Positions 26,876 through 36,500 of a DNA stretch of 57,408 nt are shown piece by piece (the first letter of the stretch is position 1; each line of letters starts with the position of its first letter). Both the position numbers and the translations under genes were made by a program. This DNA is from Anaerolineales bacterium (GTDB taxonomy: Bacteria > Chloroflexota > Anaerolineae > Anaerolineales > Villigracilaceae): NCBI GenBank assembly GCA_035339375.1, contig DAOQID010000006.1, forward strand, positions 1-57,408, in the 5' to 3' direction. The notes below the pieces were generated by a model. It saw only the letters and a program-made list of their open reading frames with translations, was not told where the DNA came from and did not search any database.

Positions 26876-28684
26876 TTATCCCAGCAGTTCTTCCAAACGA
26901 TTGATGTAGCCTTCCATCACGGCGAAGGTCTCTTCCACAGGTTTGGGGGTGGTCAGGTCTACGCCTGCATTCTTCAAGACATTGAGCGAGTAATCTGAAT
27001 TGCCAGCCTTGAGGAAGCCGAGGTAGTCTTCCACGGCGTTGGGTTCCTTGCGCAAAATGCGGCCTGCCAAGGCATGAGCACCTGAAATCCCTGTAGCGTA
27101 GGCATACACGTAATAATCTGCAAAGAGATGCGGGAAGGTGGCCCAGGTCATGCCGACGCGTTCGCGGTCCATGTCAAAGTGCGGACCAAACCCCTCGGCG
27201 AACAGATCAGCCATCAGTTCGATCATGGAATCGGCGGTCAACGGTTCACCGCGTTCGGCGCGCTGGTGCGTCTCCAGTTCGAAACGGGCCAGAGTCGGCA
27301 TTTGGAAGAAATAGCGGAACATGTTGCTGCCCACCGCTTCAAGGATCAACGCGACCTGGAAGTTTTTGTCTTTCACGGTGTTGAGCAAATGTCCGCGCAG
27401 CAAAGCCTGATTGAAATTGGAGGCTACTTCAGCCACGAACAGCGAATAATCGGTGTTGATGAACTGCTGGTTCTTGAAGGTGTAATAGGTATGCATCGAG
27501 TGGCCGAGTTCATGCGCAAGCGTACTCATGCTGACCATTTCATCGGTGTAACTCATCATGATAAAGGGATGCGTACCATACGAACCCGAGGAAAATGCGC
27601 CATGCCCCTTGCCCTGATTCGGGTACACATCCACCCAGCGTTCGGTGGTGCAGGCGCGCCGTACCTGAGCGGTGTATTCCTTGCCGAGCGGGGCAAGGCC
27701 TTCACAGATCATATCCACGGCTTTGTCGTAGGGGATCTTCACCTTCTTCTTTTCGATGGGCGCCCAGATGTCGTAATATGCGAATTTCTTCAAACCCAGC
27801 GCCTTGCGGCGGATATCGAAATAACGATGCCAGACAGGGATGTTTTTCTTGAAAGTGTCGATAAGGTTGTGAAAGACATCCGTGCTGATGTTGAGATCGA
27901 ACAGCGACGCTGAAAGCGTGGATTCGTGTTTTCGCACACGCATATTGAACACGTTGGATTGAATATTATGCGCGAGGTTGCTGGCCAGCGTGTTTTTGTG
28001 CGCCACATATTGATCCATGTAGGTAATGTAAGCAGCCTTACGCGCTTTGCGGTCCACAAGCCCCATCAACTGCGTATCGTAATTCCCCTGCATCACATCG
28101 AAGGATTTGCCTGCGCTATCCTTGATGGATTTGAATTTGAAATCGGCATTGGTCAACATGCTGGTGGAGTTATAAAAACCACCAAGGGGCTCGCTTACCA
28201 TGCCAAGCACTTCTTCCACTTCTGCCGAGCGCACGTGTGCCTGCTTGCGGAAAAGGTTTTCGACATAGAACTTGTAAACGCCAAGTTTTTCTTCCTGCTG
28301 AAAGAATTGGTCAAGTTTGTCTTTACCGATCTCAAGCAACTCAGGCTGAAGGAACGAAACTGCCGAGGCCACCTGTCCGTACATACCGCCCGCCTTGGCA
28401 CGCATCCCTGCCGCGGTTTGATCGGTGGTGTTCACCGAATAGGAAAAGCTCGCATACATGTAAGCCTTTTGAGCGCGGATCAGGATCGCCTCGAAAGCCT
28501 GAAAACCTGCAAGCAAAGCGGCGGCACTTTCGCCCAAACCACCTTGATGTTTCTTCACCTCGGGGATATCTGCAATAATCTGCTCAACTTCTTTTTCCCA
28601 GGCTTTATCACTTGGGAAAACACTTTCAGAATTCCATTTATACTTTTTATCGATTTTACTGCGTGGAGGGATGGAAGTAGCCAT
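26876..28684 (-). CDS. pepF: Oligoendopeptidase F (M3B)
   Basis: WVDVYPNQGKGHGAFS, TLAHELGHSMH zinc motif, FVAEVAS, YYVYAYATG. Confidence 0.93.
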   Translation of the reverse strand: MATSIPPRSKIDKKYKWNSESVFPSDKAWEKEVEQIIADIPEVKKHQGGLGESAAALLAGFQAFEAILIRAQKAYMYASFSYSVNTTDQTAAGMRAKAGGMYGQVASAVSFLQPELLEIGKDKLDQFFQQEEKLGVYKFYVENLFRKQAHVRSAEVEEVLGMVSEPLGGFYNSTSMLTNADFKFKSIKDSAGKSFDVMQGNYDTQLMGLVDRKARKAAYITYMDQYVAHKNTLASNLAHNIQSNVFNMRVRKHESTLSASLFDLNISTDVFHNLIDTFKKNIPVWHRYFDIRRKALGLKKFAYYDIWAPIEKKKVKIPYDKAVDMICEGLAPLGKEYTAQVRRACTTERWVDVYPNQGKGHGAFSSGSYGTHPFIMMSYTDEMVSMSTLAHELGHSMHTYYTFKNQQFINTDYSLFVAEVASNFNQALLRGHLLNTVKDKNFQVALILEAVGSNMFRYFFQMPTLARFELETHQRAERGEPLTADSMIELMADLFAEGFGPHFDMDRERVGMTWATFPHLFADYYVYAYATGISGAHALAGRILRKEPNAVEDYLGFLKAGNSDYSLNVLKNAGVDLTTPKPVEETFAVMEGYINRLEELLG

Positions 28685-28750
28685 GGGGTATCCTTTTCAT
28701 CAATCAATTATTTTTCGATTTTACCATTGCAAGCACAACACTTAATTTCA

Positions 28751-30316
28751 TTATCGAGGCAGGGAGAAACAAATCCTCGCACCAGATTCAGATTTTGCCG
28801 AGCCCGTCACAGCATCCGCCCAAATATGCCCACCATGCGCTTCCACGATGGCACGCGCAAGGTAAAGCCCAAGGCCCGCCCCCTTTGTTTGTTTTACGGC
28901 ATTTGTCGAACGATAAAAACGGTCAAAGATGTGAGGCAGGTCTTTGGCTTCAATCCCTGGGCCTTCATCGCTTACGCAAACGATCACCTGCTCTGGCAAT
29001 ACACTCCCGCTGATCTTGATCTCACCCTTCGGCGCATATTTCAACGAATTGGAAACCAGGTTTGAGATCACCTGCTCCAAACGATTTTCATCCCCCAAAA
29101 TAACGGGGAAATTCGACGGGAAATCGGTGACAATGCTATGCTTCGGAGATTGCGACGCAAACCGCTCGCTCACCCTTAACGCAAGGCTGGGTACGGCGAC
29201 ATCAGCCTGATTCAAGCTGAGACCACCCGCCTGCAGCCGTGAAGCATCCAGCAAGTCATCCACCATCTTCGACAAACGGTCCGCCTCTTCTTCGATAACG
29301 GCCAGCGAATCATTGATGGTGTGTTTATCCCAGCGTGCATCATCACGCCGCAACGTGGAGGCGTAACCCTTGATCAAAGCTACCGGGGTACGCAACTCAT
29401 GGCTGACAATGGAAATAAACGTCGCTTTGATCTCATCCGCTGTGCGGAAATGGGTAATGTCACGCACGCTAAGAATGACGTTACGGAGCTTGCCTTCTTC
29501 AGACAGCAAGGGAGCGTAGGTAATTCCCACTGGAAGCGGCGGTGGCGCAGGTTTCGCAAGGTCACCTTCTACGTACAGGGTTGCGTTCGGTGTGAGCGGC
29601 CAGCCCTCCGCCACCGAATCTTCAAGGGTAATGCCTTGCGGTGTCTTTTTCCACTTGATGATATCTGCATGGTTTTTCCCAGTGATCTCCTCACGAGGTT
29701 GACCAAATAATTTTTCAAAAGCGCCGTTACAACGTTCGATGTCGAGGTTTGCATCCAAAATCAAAATGCCATCTGCCGCTGATTCGAGTAATGCATCCAG
29801 CCTTTTCTTTTCATAAGAAACCTGACCGTACAACTGCGCGTTATACACGGCGATGGCAGCCTGATCGGCAAAGGATTGCAACAGAACGCGGTCATCGGGG
29901 GTAAACAAGTCGGCGTAATTGCGGAAGATAAAGATCACACCAATGACCTGTCCATGTGCAGCAAGGGGCAGACCAGTGCCGTTTAATAACCCCATGCTGG
30001 CAGTATAGGTCAGATTTTTCAACATGCGGTTCAGTTCACGCACGTCCAATTCGCGAACTTTTTCTTCGGCAAGCAACGGGGTTAAGTAGGAGAGAAATGC
30101 CGGGGCAATGCCATGTGCCGCGCTGACGCGCCAGCCGTCGGCTTGTTTGAGAGCGATCAGTCCAGCCTGCCCGGCCAACATCTCAATCGAAACGCGCAAA
30201 ATTCGCGCCAGCAACTTTTCAAGGTCTAGTTCTTCAGTGATCAGGCGCGAAATTTCCAGCAAATAATCGCGTTGACGGACGCGAAAATCGGGAAGCATCG
30301 AAGGAATAATGGACAT
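28751..30316 (-). CDS. Cytoplasmic GAF-PAS sensor histidine kinase
   Basis: GAF (FADQAAIAVYNAQLY), PAS (ADGILILD...SVRDIT), SHELRTP, NLVSNSLKY, DEGPG, GAGLGL. Confidence 0.92.
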   Translation of the reverse strand: MSIIPSMLPDFRVRQRDYLLEISRLITEELDLEKLLARILRVSIEMLAGQAGLIALKQADGWRVSAAHGIAPAFLSYLTPLLAEEKVRELDVRELNRMLKNLTYTASMGLLNGTGLPLAAHGQVIGVIFIFRNYADLFTPDDRVLLQSFADQAAIAVYNAQLYGQVSYEKKRLDALLESAADGILILDANLDIERCNGAFEKLFGQPREEITGKNHADIIKWKKTPQGITLEDSVAEGWPLTPNATLYVEGDLAKPAPPPLPVGITYAPLLSEEGKLRNVILSVRDITHFRTADEIKATFISIVSHELRTPVALIKGYASTLRRDDARWDKHTINDSLAVIEEEADRLSKMVDDLLDASRLQAGGLSLNQADVAVPSLALRVSERFASQSPKHSIVTDFPSNFPVILGDENRLEQVISNLVSNSLKYAPKGEIKISGSVLPEQVIVCVSDEGPGIEAKDLPHIFDRFYRSTNAVKQTKGAGLGLYLARAIVEAHGGHIWADAVTGSAKSESGARICFSLPR

Positions 30317-30539
30317 TGCTGTTATTTTATCACTGCGCTACGGCAAAAGGCAAAAACAGCCAAACCCACCTCTGGATAACATATTTGTTTTGCTTGCATT
30401 AATGAAGGGAAATAACATTGCAAGTAAGTTAACATGGTTGTAAAATGATGAGAAATTAATAGTACTTAAGGCTAATTTCAGATATCCTTCATGTAAATTG
30501 TTGCAATTTTCAGCCTTCATTCTGATTTTGCAGGAGCAA

Positions 30540-33500
30540 ATGATGAGAATTTTTTCAATCCAAGCGTTCAATCAATCCAAATCTGCCATGGTTCGCCTGT
30601 TCGTTTTTGTTTTGCTTTTGGCGTCCATGCTGGCACAGGAGCATGTGCCGGGGGTACAGGCTCAGGCGGGGACACCCCAACTCATTTTGACCAAAACCAT
30701 TGAGGGTGGCGCAACCACGGCCAGCCTTGGCGATACGATCCGGTATCGCATCCGTTTTGAGTGCAGCAGTCTGACAACCTCCTGCGGACAAATGGAAATT
30801 ACCGATGTGCTCCCTGCCGGGCTGACGTATGCCCCACCCCCGGCTTCTTCAGCACCGACCGGTTTCACCATTACAGAAGCCCCGGCTGGAACGATTACCA
30901 TTACAAAAGATGACAACAACCTGCTCGATGGTACCCAGTACGATGTGGTCATCGCCGCAACGATTGATTATGATCTTCGTCCTCTTCCTGCCACCATCAA
31001 CAACACAGTCAATGGACGGGTGGATCCGCCCGGCGCCGTCAGCTGGCAAAACGCAACTCCTGCAAGCGCACCTCCCATCACTGTGAGCAATGTCGGTGAA
31101 TATTGGGATCTGACAAAGACCTTGTATAGTCCGTCCGTCAACCCCACCATCAATACAGATGTTACCTATCGCATCCAACTCTGTCCAACCACACCGCCGC
31201 CCGGCACCAGCAACGTGGCGCTTGAAAACATTACGATCACAGATACCCTTCCCACAGGAGCAACGTTTGTCTCTGCCAGCGATGCAGGCACAGAGGCAGC
31301 CGGTGTTGTAACCTGGCCGCTCATTGCGGGGCCTGTCTTCCCACCCACCTGTGTTACCCGTTATGTCACAATTCGATATAACAGCCCAACCTTTGCAGTA
31401 GGCAACAATGTTACGAACACAGCCAACGCCAGCGGCACATACACGGATTCAGGCGGTGGTACGATAGGACCAATCAGCATCGCCACTGACCCAATCACCC
31501 ATCCGATTGCCACCGTGCTGGAAGTTCCCACTTACAGCAAGAATGATCAAGGGGATCCAGTGGGTATCACTGGAACTGCCCGGTTTGTGTTGACGCTCAA
31601 CACAAACGGCACGAACTCGCCAGCCAATGATCTGATTCTCATTGATACACTGCCTCCTGAATTACAGGTTACTTCAGTGACCAGCGGTCAGTGGAATGCT
31701 GCATTTAATTATGTTCGGGCTTATGTGGAATACTCCACCAACTATGGCAGCAGTTATACAGCTTTTCCGGGCCAGCCCATCAGCTACAACAGTAATGCCA
31801 CATACACTGCGCCCGCTGCCAACATAACCAACGTTCGCTGGCGTTTTGAATACGATCCCGATGCGGCGGCACCTTTCGCATTTACACAGGCTGGGCTTCC
31901 CTTCGCTTGGGCGTTTACCACCAGCCCGCAAATCCGTGTAACCCCGCGTGCAACGGCAACAACCGCAGATGCTCCTTCGGGCGTAGCCATGCCTGCAGCT
32001 GTTGCAGGGACACGCTATGAAAACTGTCTGCAAACCAGCCGTACCAGCAATGCAGGTGCCCCCGTAACTGACCCATGCGATATTGAAGGGATGACAGTTC
32101 AAGGCACATTGGCCAGTTTGCGTGCATCGAAGGCTGAGACCCGCGGCACCAGTTGGGATGCTGATAACGATCCGCTCATTAATACATTTACCAGTGACAG
32201 CACTTTATTGCCAGGTGATACCCTGCGCTATACCATCACGGTCAGTGTTACTGAGCGTTCATCTCAGGCGATGATCGACCCAACCATTCTTGATACGATT
32301 CCCGCTGACTTGATCTTCGTCCGCAATGGAACGGCATCAGTCAACGGTACCGGTTGTCCAGCACTTGCCAGTCAGCCGACTTTCACCCAAGCAGGCACAC
32401 AACTGAAATGGGACTTCACAGGTTTCTCGCTCGATCATCAACCCAGCGGACTTGGCAGCTGCAACCTGGTCGTTGAGTTCTATGCCCGCATCCCCGCCGG
32501 ACAAACCCCAGGTACCCGCACCAATGACCTGATCCTTGTCACCGACTCGGATGACATCGTATGCGAAAACGGCACAGAGATCGTTGACACTACAGATATC
32601 GATAGCGATGCCAACAACACCGAGCCCGCCTGTCAAAATCCAGATACTTATGTGGTGGAGCGTTCAGCTGCATTACGCGGTGAAAAATGGATTCGTAGTG
32701 TCGATCCTGAAAACAGTGTAGTGGTCGACTCTACCACCTTCCAACCCAGTGCCTCTTGTCCGGATGGCGGCACTGTAGGTTTGGCTGGAGGCGGCAGCAA
32801 CCCCTTCACCAGATTCCCCTGTATCTCACAGGCATTCCCTGAAGGAGCTTTAAGCATCGGTCAACGCGTTCCACCGCCGCTTAACTCTGCCCTGGATGAT
32901 TTCGAATACAACTTGCGCATCTACAACGATGGCAATGTCGAAATGTTAAGTTACGCCCTGTATGATATTTTCCCCTATTATGGCGACACCGGCTCCGGCG
33001 GTACTTTGGCCAATTCCCCACGCCTCTCAGAATTCCGCCCGATCCTGCGTGGACCTGTGGAATTTATCAGCGGTCCAAGCCTAAGCAGCACCGACTTCAC
33101 CATCGAATATAACAACACCACCAATCCCTGCCGTCCGGAAGTGTTCAATCAGCCTGCAGGCACTCCTAATATCCCAGCCGGGTGTAACAACACCTGGAGT
33201 TCCACCTGGTCGGCAGATGCACGCTCATTCCGCATTTTGCTGAATTCCCCGGCCGTCATCCCGCCATCTGCCACCACCTCCGAAGTACGCTTCGGCATTC
33301 CCATGTACATTCCCAAGGATGCGCCCACAGTCGGCGTATTTGACAACAACGACCCGTTGTCACTTGAAATTGCATGGAATTCATTCTCACACGTCGGTTC
33401 TTACGACAGCGACCCCAATGTCCCAGTCGTCATTCAAGACTTGCTGGCATCTGAACCGCGCAAGGTCGGTATCACCATTCCCGAACGCATGAGCGTTGGT

Positions 33501-36500
33501 AACCGCGTCTGGCGTGACTCGGATAACAGCGGTCACATCGATGCCCCAGATGATATCGCCCCCGGTATTGCAGGGGTAACGGTTAACCTATACCGTGATG
33601 TGGATGATGATGGAATACCCGACGGGCCAGCCATTGCCACCACCACTACGGATTCTCTCGGCTACTATCTGTTCAGCAATATTCCTCATGATCTGGCAGA
33701 TGTTAATAACAACCGCTACCTTATTGGCATTCCATCAAGCAATTTTGGATCCGGGCAGCCATTGTTCAACTTGCGCAGCAGCACAGGTGTGTTCGCTACA
33801 ACAGATGACAGTGATGACAATGGCATTGACCCCGTCACTGCCGGGCAGGAAGTTTTCAGCGCCAGTTTCATCCTGCAACCTACCACCGAAGTCACCGGAG
33901 AAACCGATCTTTCATCCAACGACCTCGATGGTCCACCCGGAGAACGTCGTGGCACCAATGCAGAACGTGACTACAACAGCGACCTTGCCATTGACTTTGG
34001 TTTCTTCGGCGGTACTGATGTACCTTTCAGCATCGGCAATCATGTCTGGTTCGATAATGGGCGCACTGGCGCATCCACTTTCAACTATGCCTTGAACAAT
34101 GACGGCATCCGCCAGGCAACAGAACTGCCGGTCGTCGGGTTGGATATTCGTCTGTATCGTGACGGCAATGGCAATAACACTCCCGAACCTGCGGAAATGA
34201 TTCGCACCGATATTACCGATGCCAACGGCTTTTACCTTTTCGATAACCTCGACCCTGGGCCCTACATTGTGGAAATTCCAGCCAGTGAATTCGGTGCTGG
34301 TCAGCCTCTCGAAGGCTGGAACAACAGTCAGGTAATAGGAACCGAGACAACCGGTGTGCCGGGCAATACCAATATTCCAAACGTGGATAGTGACGATAAT
34401 GGTGTCGATTCCAGCACTCCGCATGTTGATGGAATCTTCAGTGGTGTCATCGTCCTCACACGCGGCACCAACGAAACGACTGGTGAAACTCATATCAGCA
34501 ATCAGCCAGACCCGGATGGCAATGCCGCCACGCCCAACCTTGGCATCAACCCCACCGAATGGGATGGACCTGCTTCACGTGGACGTTACGGCGAAAGCGA
34601 CACAACCAGCAACCTAACCATTGACTTTGGCTTCTTCGAAGTATATTCACTCGGTAATGTAGTTTGGGTGGATGATGGAACGGGCGGTGGCACTGCAGAT
34701 GATGGCCTGCGCAATGGTACCGAACCCGGCCTGAATGGCGTCACCGTCAACTTATATCTGGATGCGAACAACGACGGACGCCCAGACACAGTTACGCCCA
34801 AGGCAACCACTACCACCGCCAATGGCGGATATTACCGCTTCGACAACCTTGCGGCTGATACCTATCTCGTTGAAATCGTCCTACCCGCTGGATATTCGAG
34901 CAGCCCAATCGATGCAGGCGACCCCGATACCGACGAAGATGATTTTGACGACAATGGTGTGGTTCCGGCCACGATCTCAACTGTTCTCAGCAACCCGGTC
35001 ACCCTCGGGCGTGGAACAGATGAACCCACGGTTGATAGTGACGCGGCCACAGCCAATAATCCTGAACCTGGTGAAGCACCCAACCACCACTCGAATCGCA
35101 CCGTAGACTTTGCCCTAACTCTTGGCTACAGCCTCGGTAACCGTGTCTGGGTGGATTTGGACGACAGCGGCACGATCAACGCCGCCGATGGCGCCACACC
35201 CGGTCTTGATAACATGACCGTGAACCTGTATCGCTCCAGCGACCCCAGCACCATTATCGCCACCACCCTAACGGCTGGCGGTGGATATTATCGCTTCGAT
35301 AATCTGCTGGCAGGCGATTATATTGTGGAAGTGGTCTCTCCTGTTGGTTATACCAGCAGCAGTGTAGATGCCAACGATCCGAACACCGATAATGACAGCG
35401 ATGACAACGGTGTGATTATTTCCGCAACCACGGTCCGCAGCAACCCCGTTTCACTGGGCGGCATAGAACCTTCCACTGATGACGACCCACTGCCCAACCC
35501 AGCCGCCACAGGTGAAGCCCCGAATGCCCGTTCCAACCGCACCGTTGACTTTGGCTTCTTCTTTGTGCCTTATTCCCTCGGCAACCGTGTCTGGGATGAT
35601 AGCGATGGTGCAGGCGGCACACCTGACAACGGTGTTCGCGATGGCGCTGAACCCGGCATTGATGGCGTCACAGTCAACCTGTATCGCGACTCTGACAATA
35701 ACAACACCCCAGATGGGGCAATTATTGCCACAGATACAACCAGCGGCGGTGGTTTCTATCGCTTTGACAACCTGGCTGCGGACACCTATATTGTGGAAGT
35801 GATTCCGCCCGCTGGTTATGCCAGCACACTTGATGCAGGCGACCCGGACACAGACCTCGATGACGATGATGACAACGGTGTCGTATTTGCAGGTGCGAAC
35901 ATCCGCAGCAACCCTGTACGGCTTGGCCCGCCCGAACCCAGCGAACCGACTCTCGAAAACAACCCGGCGGTCAACCCTGAAACCGCCGATGGCGAAGCCG
36001 CAGACGATCACTCCAACCGAACTGTGGACTTTGGCTTTGTGTTGGGCTATAGCCTTGGCAACCGTGTATGGGACGATAGCAACGGTGCAGGCGGTACACC
36101 TGAGAACGGCCTCCGTGATGGTACAGAACCCGGTATGGATGGCGTCACTGTCAATCTTTACCGTGACTCGAACGACGACAGCAACCCCGATGGCGGCATT
36201 ATCATGTCAACCTCCACCTCGGGAGGAGGCTTCTACCGTTTCGATAACCTGATGGCTGATACCTATATCGTTGAAGTTGTCATCCCCACAGGCTATACCA
36301 GCACGCTTGATGCAGGTGACCCGGATACGGACATAGATGACGACGATAATGGTGTGGTCATCGTTGGTTCCAATGTCCGCGCCAACCCGGTCACGCTGGG
36401 TCCTGCCGCTGTTCCGGAGCCTACTCTCGAAAATAACCCGGCTACCAACCCAGTAGCTGGTGAATCACCGGATGCGCGTTCCAACCGCACCGTTGACTTC

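Noticed and set aside
27926-29065. 379-aa plus-strand ORF
   Set aside because: Antisense shadow of pepF and the histidine kinase; no recognisable motifs.
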